This document shows, piece after piece, positions 13,355-26,940 of a stretch of DNA of 64,000 nucleotides; the first letter of the stretch is position 1, and each line of letters starts with the position of its first letter. The translations under genes were made by a program, and so were the position numbers. The notes under the pieces are model-generated. The model saw only the letters and a list, made by a program, of their open reading frames with translations. It had not been told where the DNA came from and made no database searches. Source of the DNA: the human T2T-CHM13v2.0 reference genome, Homo sapiens; assembly GCF_009914755.1 (NCBI RefSeq), contig NC_060934.1, one strand, 5' to 3'.

Positions 13355-14361
13355 ACTCATCAGGCGTAATTTCCTTATTCCCTTCTACATTTTGGCCTAT
13401 CCAATTGGGCTGTGGGTGTGGCCCATAGCCACGTTCCTGTGCTGAGTCAGCATTTCTCACTGCGCGAGTTCAGGGGGAGCTGGTGACCTGGGCAGGGCCC
13501 CTGAAGGTGAGAGGGTCTCCATGCCGCAGCCCACTCTGCCTACCTCTCCAGCACTCTCTCCTTTTTGCTCGCGCTGCTTATTCTGGCTGAGGAAGGGACA
13601 GGAAGGGACAGGAAGGGCTGAGAGGTTAACCACACAAGTGAAGGTTGATGGGAACTCTTGTGGTTGGGTTTCCTGGTAAAAGACCGAGGCAGAGGTTCTG
13701 GGGAGGCTCTCGTGGAGGGCAGACAATGCCCACAAGGGGATCCCGACAGCTTCCACGGAGGCTCAGGACTGGAAGGGCCCTTCAGAGCAGCCCTCACTGA
13801 AGCAGAGGAGTGGGGCTTGTGCCCCCAGACCCAGTGGTAGCTGGGCAGGGCTCCCCTGCAGGGCCACCCCCAGGCACTGCACGGAGGCACTTGCCATCAG
13901 CCTCAGCAGCCCACAGTCCTGGGAGCTGGACGCCAGGACCTTGGTACTGAATGGGCACCACCTTGCATGGCACAGGAGGAGACAAAATCTCCAGGCATTG
14001 ATGGGCATCATGCTGTGGCTGCTGCAGAAGACATGGCCTCCTCAGAGCGCCATGGCAAGACAGGGGACCCAGCTCCTCGTCACTGTCATCTGGGACTGAG
14101 CGATGTGGGTCAGGACTACAGGAGCTTCTCTTGAGTAGGCACTGCTGGTCTCTAGGTACCATGGAATCTTGCTCTTGAATTAGCTCTTAGCAGGCATGAG
14201 CCAGGAAGAGGTGTCTCCAGGCAGTCAGTGTGATTGGTGTGATTGGCATGTTCAGTGTGATTGGCATAGCTGGTGTCCATTCTAGGAGAGAAACTCAGGG
14301 GAGTCCCAGGGCCACACCCTGTTGTGCAAGGATGGTGTCCTGCAGCACAGCACAGAGCCAG

Positions 14362-14578
14362 AGGTAGGATGTAGGTGGGGCACAGGTAGGATGCAAGTGG
14401 AATCCAGGTGGGACGCAGGTGGGAATGCAGGTGAGATGCAGGTAGGGACGCAGGTGGGATGCAGGTGGGACGCAGGTAGAACTCAGGAGGGATGCAGGTA
14501 GGATGCAGGTGGGACGCAGGTATGGTGCGGGTGGGACACAGCAGGGACTCAGGTAGGGTGCAGGTGGGATGCAGGTAG
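14362..14578. repeat. Degenerate 11-bp G-rich minisatellite
   Basis: Units like GGTGGGATGCA, GGTGGGACGCA, GGTAGGATGCA. Confidence 0.85.
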
Positions 14579-14861
14579 TCGTTGAGACAGGTGTGTGCAC
14601 TCAGCTGTGTCAATAGCTCTGGACCTCAGTGCTGTGCCTGGAGTACCAGAATATGATGGGTCCCAGAGGGAGGGCTGCGTTCAGATGAAGACTGTGAATG
14701 CTTAGTCCCAGGGCTGTGGCCCTGTAAGAACCAGAGATGCCGCCTGGAAAATTCTGTAGTGTCCTGCGCCAGCTGGCCCATGAGGGTGTGAATGTGCAGC
14801 CCTACAGGGCGTGCTCCCGGGACAGACGCACTTGTGAACAAATCCACGTGGATGTCGGAGA

Positions 14862-15025
14862 GACTGAGCCCTGAGCCCGAAGCCCAGCTCTTTCACTGAA
14901 CTGTTGGGCAGCTTTGTGCCCTTCCTCAGTCTCTCTGAGCCTTAGTTCTCTCCTTGTAGGCAACATATCTGTGCAATAATAATTCCTGCCTTGACGGTCA
15001 TGGAAAGAGTGAACAAGATCTAGCT
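14862..15025 (+). mobile_element. MIR fragment
   Basis: GCCCAGCTCT..CTCTCTGAGCCTTAGTT..AATAATAATTCCTGCC MIR core similarity. Confidence 0.5.
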
Positions 15026-16283
15026 CCTAACATCACCCAATTAGGTTCCTTTCCTTCCTTTTCCTTTCTAAGCTTAGGGAGAAAGAGATAGGAAAAGCAA
15101 GTGGGAAAAAAATGCTGGCAAAGCAGACAACAGTGTGTGGCACCTGGCGCCCTCACAGAGAGCGTGGCCGTGGCCTGCAGCAGCAGGGAGCCGTATACCT
15201 ATGCCCAGCTCCCGGAGAGGGGCTAGCCTGGGCCCTGGGCTCTGAGCCCCCGTGGCTAGCATAGCACTTGCACCTCTTGGTATAATCAGGACACCTTGGC
15301 ATGGAGGGAGGCCACACTGTGCCCCCAACCTCCTCCATCTTGCCACCCCAGCAGACTCCAGGGACTGGGCCTGACTTTGCCCAGAAGTGTGAAAAACCCA
15401 GAGGCAGCCTCCTCCTCCCACGTATGATGTCTGCACACAAGGGACCAGGGTCCAGGCTGTGGACGTGGCCACCGCTGTCCCCTGCAGCAGTGGATAAGGG
15501 CGGCAGCTACCTGGTGGCCCCTAAGTCGCTCTTAAGCCAACTCTTCAAGCTTCCTCTTGTTCAGCTTCCTGCCCAGAAGCTTGCTGGGCAGTTATTATCC
15601 ACAACGAAAAGGTGTGAAAAGGAGTAACTTGGTTCTCAGTCCTGCCCCAAATGAGTCAGGTTTTTTTTTCTTCCTTTAAAATTGAAAGTAAATGGATGGC
15701 TTTGGTGTTATAAGGGCCATTCTTATCTGATTGTTGCATTAATATGATCCTCAAAATCGACCGAAGGAGGATTAGGATAAATATTTTGTATTAAAAAAGG
15801 CACTAACTTCAGTTGAGATAGGGTTTTAAGTTTTAGAGCAGAGGGAAGAGAAAAATGGCAATACAAAAATGAAAATGTAAATAAAGATTTTAATCCCAGC
15901 GAGACTGGAATACGCAGGTCTTGCCCTTGGAAGGGGTTGAGCTGTGTACTGTCTCAGCGGAGCGGTGTGCAGATCCCCCATCCCTGGCCGCTGTCAAGGA
16001 GTGTTGTGGGTGGATGCTCTACTCTTGTGGGGACCAGCTTCCTGCATTTGCCTTCCTTGCTGTCAGTGTGGCCTCATGTCCCTGAAGAAGCAGAGCTCCC
16101 AGGGCCCCCCAGCCAGCGTAAATGTTAGCACTGTTGGCAGGGATGATAGCCACTGGTTTTCAATCGTACCTTTACACACACTCCAGATCCTTTTGAGTCT
16201 TATTTTAACTATATCCCCTAGATAAAGGGACTCTCCTAAGAAATATGATGTCCTAGTTTCACTACCAACCCCACAGTCTTTGG

Positions 16284-16583
16284 GTTTTTGTTGTTTGTTT
16301 GTTTTTGAGACAGAGTATTGCTCTGTTGCCCAGGCTGGAGTGCAGTGGGGCACTTGGCTCACTGCAACCTCTGCCTCCCGGGTTCAAGCAATTCTCCTGC
16401 CTCAGCCTCCCAAGTAGCAGGGATTACAGGCACGTGCCACTACACCTGGCTAATTTTGTATTTTTAGTAGACAAGGGGTTTCACCATATTGGCCAGGCTG
16501 GTCTCAAACTCCTGACCTTGTGATCCTCCCGCCTCGGCCTCCCAAAGTGCTGGGATTACAGGCGTGAGCCACCACGCCCAGCC
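16284..16583 (-). mobile_element. AluS (Sg-like)
   Basis: Antisense dimer with (TTTG)n tail; CTCCTGACCTTGTGATCC two-base-deleted form. Confidence 0.93.
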
Positions 16584-19500
16584 TGTTTGTTTTAATATTT
16601 ACTGAAGGTCACAGTCACATTTTATAACTTATTATATCTGAATTTAGAGTGATTATACGCTGTGGATCTCAGGGCCTAATGTTAATTCATACTTCGGGGA
16701 AATGAAGAGTATGATAAATTCAGGCCAATGCCGGCACCTCCCTGCTTTTCTGCATGGTTTGAGAATTGACCCAGCAGTTCAGTCCAGTTTTGTGTAAGGA
16801 AAGCTCACAGTGGCCGGGTGAGGAAGCCAGGGGCTGAATACTGAAGCCACACAAAGCGTGGACTCAGCCCCTCCGCGGGAGACAAAAAAGATGGATGTGG
16901 ACGATGAGAGGTGCCCTTGACATCGTTCTGTGAGTAGTTAGCGCTTTAGGGGCAGCAAAGCCCTCAGCTCTGCAGAGCTGCAGAGCTGCAGAGGGGAGGC
17001 GGATCCCAGCGATTCTGAGAAAGCCTGGCTTCAGGAGGAAGTGTGAGAGAGCAGAGACTTGAGTGGACCAGGGAGTGCAGAGGATGGGAAAGGAGGCGGC
17101 TCCAGGGGAAGCACGGGACCAGGTGGTGCATGCGGGGCGAAGGGAGGGTAGTGTCCCATGTGTCCGTGTCCTGGCCAGGCGTGGCTCACTGTGTACCGTG
17201 ACCTCAGTGCCGGCGGTGGCTCACTCTGTGTGTCAGCTTTGTGTGTATCTTCCTTTTTGAGCTACTATTGAGCCTGGATCCTCCAGCCCCTTTGCATTCT
17301 TGGTCCGGGCCCTGACTGCCAAGCTGCTGTTCCTGTTCTAATATGTGCTTGGTTTTCCTGATGAAACTCCCCATCCCAAGCAGACACGCATGGGAAACCA
17401 GCCCTGCTCAGGGCTCATGGCCCTGAAGACGGCCGTGAAGACGATGTATTACAACCCTGGGCCCCATCACAAATTAGATGAGCTACCTTAAGGGTCCTTT
17501 ATCCGCTGTGGCCTCTGTGCTCTGAGGTAAAAATAGCAGAGTTTGATTGAGGGCTACTCGAGATGGCTTAGCTCCGGAGAGTGATGAATGCTTCATTGTT
17601 GCCCCCAAATGGGCAATTTTCTCTGACTTCAAACAAAATGTAGGAAGGTAAAGGTAAGTTAGCAGACAAAGGAAGCACCTCCAAAAGCTGCCCTAAGACA
17701 CAGAAGCCCGGTGCTGGACCCGCAGGCTTTCTGGGACAGTAGGACCCTGAGGGCTCTGAAACCTAGTGGCCTCATGGTTCTGCAGGGGCCCGTGCTCCAC
17801 CTGCGCCATCCCTTCCCCGCTCCGCCTGCTATCCCTTCCCCCTACACTCCTATCTATCACCCATACAGCCCATTTTCCTTCCTGTAATACCTGCCACACC
17901 CAGGTTCACCCAAGCTGTCTTTCCCGGGAGTCCTAGAGTGAGCCTTGGGGAGAAGGGCCCCACACGTGTTGCTGAGCCCCACGCACCCCGGGGGGAGACA
18001 CGACCCCCGCGGACTCACTTCCTATCCTCATGACCTTCCAGGATCTCTGCCTGGTTCTTTGTACAATCACGGAGGAGACAGCTGAAATGTTCCCTTCGGG
18101 GCATTTATAAACCGAGGTCGCTTCCTGTTTTCAGGAGGAAATGCTCCTGGAGCTGGGGAGGGCTGTGCTGCCGGGCGGGCGAGGCTCCCATCCTCTGAGT
18201 CACCCGCCCCGCTGTCTCCCCTGGGGACCACACGCCGTGCAAATCCGCCATCCATCCATTACCATCCATTATCAGATGGAAGGCTTCCAGCCCCTAGTGA
18301 GAAGCAGGAGAGCACTAATGTCCACATGGGTACAAAGTTATTGACCATGAACTGAGGAAAGGTATTTTTTTTCCTCCTTTCCCCTGTGATTGGAATTACT
18401 AATTAGATCAACATGAAATTAAAATGATTCCAAGGCTGAAACACCTGGGGAAGAATCTCTTGAAGTCCGTTTTTTCATCACTGGGCTGAGACTAAATGAT
18501 GCTGTCAACATGTCAGATTATTTCAAATTAGCTAAATTAATTAATCTAACTCAGTCTTTGGCTATATTAATCATCTGTTTTAGGTTTTTATGGGAGAAAG
18601 AATATGTGACTGTTTCAGCATAGTGCATATAGATGAACTTCATAGGCAGGTGGCTTTTCTTCTGCTCAAAGCTGGTATTTTGAAATCTAGGCAGTAATAG
18701 GGTTCCCTCAAATACACTCAGTAAATTTCACAGTTTCTTATTTTATTTTGTTTGCGTTTGAAAAGATCTACCTTTCTGCTGTTAAGACTGTAAGAAGTGA
18801 GTGTTATTTTTTCCTTGAGCACTGAAAGGTGTTGAAAAGACGAGCTCATATGCAGCCCATTTTTAGGATGATTCTCTTTTAAATGCCAGAAATCCAGAAG
18901 TATCTACCTAAGAAGAGAGAGCTGTTGAAGTTCTTTATGGACTACAGTAATCCAAAACTCTCCAGAAATGTCCAAAGCTGAGTCGTTGGTGAGGAAGCAA
19001 TGTGAATCACCTATATGTGATGGAGGTGAATATATATTATATATATATTCACAATGGAGTCCACCTACCAACGCCTCTGAGTCCAAGACCAGGGGCTCTT
19101 CCTGCACAGTTAGTGACGATGCACACTGAACTTGCGTTCTCAATGTATTCCTCACAATTTGTCAGGAAATGCTTTGCGTGGAAAAATAATGATGGTGGAG
19201 AGACCAGGCACCGTGGTAGGACATGCAGCCTGTGTGAAGTAGGGCCCATTATTTTCACCATCCTACAGATAAGAAAATCAAGGCGAGGTGTCCCAGTTCA
19301 CAGTCATCTCATCATGATGGAGCAGTGGGGTGCTCGCAGGGAAACATGTTGCTGCCCCTGAATGCTGAATTTCTATGAGACCGGGTAAAGGGGAGGGGCC
19401 TGCAGAGGGGCAAAAGCAGCTGGAGTGCAGCTGCGTCTTGTCCTCACTCCTGGGCTCCTGGCAGGGTCTGAGCTGGGCACTAAGTACAGTCGTGGAAAAT

Positions 19501-21263
19501 GGCCTGGACTCTGAGCCAGGAGCTCTGACCTTTTCCCTGGCCTGGCTACCATCTTGAGACAATATCTCTGGGCCTCTGTTTTCTCAGAATGAGTGATGTA
19601 GACTCCGCCACCCTCAAACCCCTGGATGCCAGGCGTGCAGTTTTCTGGAGCAAGTAGAAGAGTTACTTTTTTTTTTTTTTTTTGCAATCACTTTTCCCAG
19701 CCATCCTGGTTCATAGGACACTGGCAATGAAAGCCATTATTACCATTCCTGCTAGTGATGCTAATGAGAATAATTTGAATTCATTTGACACGTTTCCTGG
19801 AAGGGGCCCAGATTTTATGATTATTGCTCATCTCTGCACTTTGAGATTCTGGCTGAGTCCCAGAGAAGTGGAAAAATACTGTGAGAAAGGTTGAACTTGT
19901 GGTATTTCTGGGTTGACTGGATACAGGAAGTACAGCAATCTTAGGGAAAAACATGTTTACATATTTCTCTGGATATGTATCTATATATCCTTTTTAGGGT
20001 TGGGAGGGTTGATGTTTACCGAAAGGTTTGAACTTCAGCCTCAAATAGCTGATCCCTGACCCACATTAGGTTTTGCAAAATTGGTTCAGCTGCCCCCCAA
20101 GCAGTTCCTGTAACGTTTTGGGAGGCAGAGAAGGAAAGGTGGCCTGCACTTCAGTCCCCAGGGGCCATGAAGAAGGCATTTCTGGGAGGCAATGGGCTAG
20201 AACAGGGACTTTGCAAAGTCCTGTGGAGAAGTAATGCTTACATGTTTGCCACTGCTTGTCAATATTTGTCTGGGCAATGACTAGACAATGAAATGCACAA
20301 ATATTATGAAGTATTTGGGGATTTTGTTTAAATTATTTCAGGGACAGAAGGTATCTTTTCAGGACATTGGCAGATGGGATTTAGAATGGTCCCAGATGGA
20401 ATTATCCCAACTAAGGTGCCTCTCCCAATCCTCAACCTCAATTTTCTTTTAATTAGTGACCGCCATTTTTTTCTGTTATATCCAGCTCAAAACTTTTTGG
20501 TTATTCTGATATTTATCCTGACCTCAGCATGTGCCTGACTTTCTGTGCCATGTTATCTTGTACTTAATTCAGGCCTGCTTCATGTACATTTTTTTGACAA
20601 AAGAATTGATTGCAAGCATGGACTTAGCGTTAAGTTCCTGCTTTCTAATAAAAGCCTCCCTTTGTAACCCAGGTCAAGCATTTCAGAGATGCGCACAAAA
20701 TCAACACTTCCTATAGCGATTATGTGCGCATTATCTTTTGGTGGAATAATGCTTTCACTGGAATAATAACGTTATCTTTTTTAAAGTATGTTAAAAAGTT
20801 GAAAACGTTAGGAATCTAGGTTCTCCCTTTAGACTGCACAGCTGATGCTGAGATTGGAAGTAATATGAGAGACATAAATAGGGCCTCAATATGCCTTTGT
20901 TTAAAGATATTAGGATCATTTTGGCCACCTACAGCAGTCACAAAAAAATCACAGGACATCTGTGAAGCATCCCTACAGTTGGCTCACACTTCACAGCCAA
21001 GCACACATTTTTATTAGATGACTTTGCTTTATTCCATCTATTTTAACAGCTGTACGCTCCATGGCTTCATAAATCTTATTCCTGTGAAACACACAGATTT
21101 TACCAGCTAGTGTACTCATGACCAAGACTTTTACCTTGAAGCAATCTTCTTTTACATGACAATGGATTTAAATGCTAGGCTGGCTTCTGTAATGTATGCA
21201 CTAATGCACACACTACATACACTGACACACACACAAACACGTATGGACAATTTTGACCACTAA

Positions 21264-21675
21264 TGTTATGGGTAAAATTGGCTCTCCACTAAAATTCATG
21301 TGTTGACATCCTAGTCTCCAGTCCCTGAATGTGACCTTATTTGAGATAGGGTCATTATGGAGGTAATCCATTTAAAATGCGGTCATTAACGTGGGTCGTA
21401 ACTCCCTATGGCTGGTGTCCTTATAAAAAGAAAAAGTTTGGGCACAGAGACATCTACAGAGGGAAAACGATGTGAAAAGACACAGGGAGAAGACAGCCAT
21501 CTACAAGCCACAGGAGAGGCCTGGAACAGATTCCTCCTCACAGCTGGGAAGGAGCCGACTCTGCCAGCACCTTGGTCTCTGCCTTCCAGGCTCCAGAGTT
21601 TTGAGAAAATAAATTGCTGCTGCTTAAGCCTCCCAGTCTGTGGTACTTTGTTCTAGAAGCCTGAGCCAACTCACA
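21264..21675 (+). mobile_element. MLT1B MaLR solo LTR, full length
   Basis: TGTTATGG...CA termini, imperfect 5-bp TSD ACTAA/ACTAG, GAATGTGACCTTATTTG, AGCCATCTACAAGCCA, AATAAA. Confidence 0.88.
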
Positions 21676-21916
21676 ACTAGTGGCACAAAGCTGCCAGCCG
21701 GTGGATAATGCCTTTCAGCAGCTGCAGAGGCGGAGGTGGGGACGGTCAGTGCCAGGGTCCCTCACCCCAGCAGCTGGGTGTGACCTGCCTCTGGTGTTGG
21801 ACACACAGGATTTGGACTCGGGGCAGCTATGGCGTCAGCAGAGTCTCTGTAGACCTGCCTGTGGGATGAGGTTGGCTGTGCCTCCAGATTCATCTCTGTT
21901 TGTCTTTACCCATTTT

Positions 21917-22318
<402 letters not shown>

Positions 22319-22471
22319 TGATACAGAAATTGGTACCAAGATTTGTTGTAGCCAGGAGGCTCTGGAAATTTGAGATGATTCTAAGAATTTTCTTAGGCTT
22401 AGGTACCTAAATTGAAGGAACAACAAAGAACCATAAAAAATAAATTTCAGTCGCCAGGAAGTTCTTCATAT

Positions 22472-23325
22472 TGAAGCCGTCCTCACAGAGTTAACAAGAA
22501 TTCTGGACAGAAATGTAGTTATAGTTAAGCATTAATCACGCTGCACTGTGGCCCAATTTCTTATAAACAGAAGTCACTGAGCACTAGATACTGACCATTC
22601 ACATTCTTATAGATAGGAGTCCTTTAAATAGGATTTCTGTAAGGCTTTTGTTTAAGAATTGCTTCAGATGTTTTTCAGATCTCAAATTCCAGAAAAATAG
22701 CTGAGTCCACCAATTTGAAGACCCCAAAGAGTAATGGAATCAGTCTGAGAATACAGCTTCTTCCTCTCCCTGTCTCATAATGTCACCCTGCACTCTTCAA
22801 CCAATGGTCTCCACACCTCAGCCCACTCCAAAACCGTTAAAAACCCTAACCTCAGCTGGGCTCAGTGGCTCACACCTGTAATCCCAGCACTTTGGGAGGC
22901 TGAGGCGGGTGGATCACCTGAGGTCAGGAGTTCGAGAGCAGCTTGGCCAACATGGTGAAACCCTGTCTCTACTGAAAATATAAAAATTAGCAAGACATGG
23001 TGGCGGGCATCTGTAATCCCAGCTATTTGGTAAGTTGAGGCATGAGAATCCCTTGAGCCAGGGAGGCAGAGGTTGCATTGAGCCGAGATCGTGTCACTGC
23101 ACTCCAGCCTGGACGATAGAGACTCTGTCTTAAACAAACAAACAAACAAAGAAACAGGAAAACCTAACTCCAAACCCCTCTGGGAGACAGATTTTAGGTT
23201 CCTCCTGTCTCCTTGTCTGCGTCCCTGAGACAAAACCTCTTTCTTTGCTGCAAGTTGGTGTCTTGGCATATGGACTTGCTGTGCAGTACGTGTTGGGCTT
23301 GCAATGAGCCTATTACTGTTACGAT
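22472..23325 (+). mobile_element. ERV1-class solo LTR (subfamily uncertain), interrupted by an Alu
   Basis: Starts TGAAGCCGTCCTCACAGAGTTAACAAGAATTCTGGACAGAAAT; CCAAT and TATA-like TTAAAAACCC before the Alu; continues after it. Confidence 0.7.
22854..23156 (+). mobile_element. AluS (Sx/Sz-like)
   Basis: Dimer with (AAAC)n tail; degenerate TSD AAACCCTAACCTC / AAACCTAACTCC. Confidence 0.92.
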
Positions 23326-24227
23326 AAGATACGGGAGAATAGTGAGATGCAGTGCTGTGCTGTGCAGTGGACACCAGCTGCTGTGAGTTTCACCCTGATG
23401 CTGAAGGGAGGGGGCGGGCAGATGAGCTGCCATCATTTTTCTTCTGCTTGGCAGGTATTCACAGGACTTGACTTGGATTTCAACGTCTCTTCTGGTTCTT
23501 ACTTTTTTGTTCTGTTTTTATCTGGGATTTGTTAGGAGGAAGACAGTGAAGTCTAAACAGCTGACAGAAATAATTTTTAAGGCTCAGTTGCCTGGAACGG
23601 AAAACCAAGTATTAAAGAAGGCATTGAGCTGAGTGAGGTCTCTAGGATTAGACAAAACCCTAAATGGTAAAATAGGAGGGAGTGAGGAGGTGATGGTGTT
23701 TTCCTGTTTCCTCCTTAATTTACAGGAAAAGGAAGAAGGAATAAACCAGTATGTTCCGCAGTTTCAAAATACAGTCATTTAGCTCTGAAATGCTAAATCT
23801 GAAATGAAGCTCAAAGCTGGAAGCTTCCATCATAAGAAGGGTATAAAATTGTCTACCTAAACATTTCAGGAAAATCAAGATTTTTTTTAACGTTGAGATA
23901 TGGAAAAAAGGTTCCACAGAGTGTATAGGTTGGTATTTGTATTTTAAAAGATTATTTTAAGGTTTTGTGTCTTAAATGAGTTGTGCAAAGTCTAGTAATT
24001 AGAGCTTGAAGATATTCATGGTCTTCTTGTCTCTAGCCTTGGCATCAAATAATCTAGCAGCCATATTCCAATCAAAGTGGCTTTTCTCAATCACATATCT
24101 GCTTCTGGATATCACTTAATGTGACCCAGCCTCCCACTAGCTCTCGACACCCAAAGTCCTCCTGCCTTCACCCATCTGTCTTGAGCTCCCTTCTGCACAT
24201 GCCATCAGCCTGCCCAATGCACAGGAT

Positions 24228-24430
24228 GTGGAAACCAGTGAACCTGGCTTTCTCATCCTTCCTGTGCCTCCCAGCTGTGCAAATTGGGTCAAGTTAACTT
24301 CTCTCTACTTAGTCTTCTTTGTACAAGATGCAGATAACCATACTGTCTAATAAGATTGATGGGAGAGGAAGTAAAAGCAAAAATATGTAGTCCACCTGCA
24401 AAATGCCTGACTAAGAGCAGATGTGCCTTT
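24228..24430 (+). mobile_element. MIR fragment
   Basis: AGCTGTGCAAATTGGGTCAAGTTAACTT..CTTAGTCTTCTTTGTACAAGATG..GATAA. Confidence 0.5.
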
Positions 24431-24499
24431 TCCTGTTCCCACTCCGCACCCATGAACATCCCACCATTACTTGTAAGTAGGCCGAGTAAAGGGAGGTTT

Positions 24500-25425
24500 A
24501 ATAGAGGTAGACCTGGTGGAAGTAGGTCTAGTAGAGGTAGTCCTGGTAGAGGTAGGTCTGGTAAAGATAGGCCTGGTAGAGGTAGGTCTAGTAGAGTTAG
24601 ATCTGGTGGAGATAGGACTAGTAGAGGTGGATCAAGTAGATGTGGATCTAGTAGAGGTGGATATAGTGGAGGTGGATCTAGTGGAGGTGGATCTAGTGGA
24701 GATGGATCTTGGGGTGGATCTCATGGGGATGGATCTAGTGGAGGTGGATCTAGTGGGGATGGGTCTCATGCAGGTGGATCTAGTGGAGCTGGATCTAGTG
24801 GAGGTGGATCTAGTGGAGGGGTATCTCGTGGAGGTGGATCTCGTGCAGGTGGATCTAGTGGAGGTGGATCTAGTGGAGGTGGATCTAGTGGAGGTGGGTC
24901 TCATGCGGGTGGATCTAGTGGGGGTGGATCTAGTGGAGGTGGATGTAGTGGAGGGGTATCTCGTGGAGGTGGATCTTGTGCAGGTGGATCTAGTGGAGGT
25001 GGGTCTCATGCGGGTGGATCTAGTGGGGGTGGATCTAGCGGAGATGGATCTTGTGGAGGTGGATCTCGTGCAGGTGGATCTAGTGGAGGTGGATCTAGTG
25101 GAGGTGGATCTAGGGGAGGTGGATCTCGTGCGGGTGGATCTAGTGGAGGTGGATCTAGCGGAGGTGTATCTAGTGGGAGTGTGCCTCATGGAGGTGGATC
25201 TTGTGGAGGTGTATCTAATGGAGGTGGATCTCGTGGGGGTGGATCTTGTGTGGTGAATCTAGTGGGGGTGAATCTAGTGGAGGTAGGCCTAGTAGAGGTA
25301 GGTTTTATAGAGATAGGTCTGGTAGAGAAAAGTCTAGTAGAGGTGGATCTAATGGAAGTAGGACTAATAGAGTTAGACCTAGTAGGGGTGAATCTAGAGG
25401 AAGCAGATCTATTCATAGTAGAGGT
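24500..25425. repeat. 15-bp minisatellite (VNTR), about 60 copies
   Basis: Unit GTGGAGGTGGATCTA, homogeneous in the centre and degenerate at both edges. Confidence 0.97.
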
Positions 25426-25749
25426 GGCTGTATTTGAGGTACAGCTGTACAGTGAGTTCTCATGAGGGCTCATCTCCTTGTCTCATTCAGTTCTTCATCC
25501 ATCGGCCTCCTCAGTGGAGAATGAGCCTGCAGTAGACAGTGACTGTGGATATCTCACTGTGGCATTCCCAGGGCCTACCCTAACCCCACCCATTTGGCCC
25601 CCACCAAGGGGATGTATTCCCTGGAAACGTCCACGTGTGGATTGCGCTGCCCACCTCCATTCCCTGTGCTCCTGGGAATGGCACTGACATTTGACCTGCA
25701 GGGAGCAGAGACATCCCATGTTTTGCCTGTGGAATTTGGGGGCCCTGAC

Positions 25750-26140
25750 CCAGTCCAGCTCCAGGGCTGAACTGGAGTCACCAGTCAGTCAGTTAACAAA
25801 GCCACACGGTGGCCACAGGGATTGATCTGCAGATAAGAACGTGTCCTACTTAGTGCCCAGAGAGTCATGAAGGCAGTTTTGGATTCTCTGGAGAGAGAGA
25901 CCTCCCTCTCATCTGTGGAGATGGGCAGTGGGGAGAGCACAGGAGATCCTACAGAATGGGGCACCTGGACAGGCCAGAAGGACGCTGGAGGGCAGCTGCC
26001 ACCACAGATGCTGATACACTTGCCCTTGGATGGCTCTTCTGAACCTAGGCCTAGCTCTGGAGTGGTTTATGAAAGCCCCTAAGTCCCTCTTTTTAATTTT
26101 AGCTTGCATTGGGTGGTCTGTCACTTGCAGCAGAAAATCC
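25750..26140 (+). mobile_element. Old MaLR LTR fragment (MLT1J/K-like)
   Basis: 3' end TTGGGTGGTCTGTCACTTGCAGCAGAAA and TGGCCACAGGGATTG resemble MLT1J/K. Confidence 0.5.
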
Positions 26141-26875
26141 CCGGCTCACAGCTCCCGTGTGAGTAAAGGCACTTGAATGCTGTTTCCTTGGAGGTTGGCC
26201 CTGAGATGGTTTCATGCCACTGCCACTAGGGACACTGGGACCATAGCTCGCAGAATCACTGAGAGAAGCAGACACATACCAGTTAGCATGGCAGTGGGTT
26301 TGGGAAAACAGATTGAATTTTTATTCACTGTGGCCCGTCCCAGCCTTGCCTTCTCCTTGTCATAATTTTGTCCATTATTTTTAGTATTTTAACATCAAAT
26401 GCCCAAGTTAGTGAAGATGTTTTACTTCAAAATGTAGACCCCAGAGAACAAAATGAGATACAAAACCTTTTTGGAACATGTGTTTAATGACATACTTTAA
26501 TGGAACTTTTAGCTGCTGTGGAGAGGTTTTTGGCATGAGTTGTATAGCTTCTTTTAGCAAATTTCCTAAAAATCAGATGCATTTTACACTTGGCTGCATA
26601 GTAAACCCTAAAAGGGTTCCTGGAATGGATTGAAGTCTAAGAAGCCCAAAACAAATAAGACATTCATCTGCATGTTCTCAGAGCAACATCCCCAGCTGAA
26701 CTGGGCTCTGTGGGGACTCAGCATGGCATCTCCCTACAGGCATTTTCCCCTTTAATTTGTCAGGGTTCCCCTAGGGTTAGCTTGCATCATATTCTACCTT
26801 GAAGTCCAAAATCAATTTCTATAAGCAGTACCCAGATGGGGAAACTGAGATCAGGTCTCTGTTACCAGATGGATG

Positions 26876-26881
<6 letters not shown>

Positions 26882-26939
<58 letters not shown>
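26882..26939. repeat. Compound (TC)n(AC)n microsatellite
   Basis: Perfect TC run directly followed by an AC run; a (TG)n follows at about 27072-27104. Confidence 0.97.

Positions 26940-26940
<1 letters not shown>

Noticed and set aside
13763-14011. WCPFSTKVLASSSQD resembles a WD40 strand motif
   Set aside because: A single short match with no upstream GH, no terminal WD and no neighbouring repeats; likely chance (tblastn would settle it)
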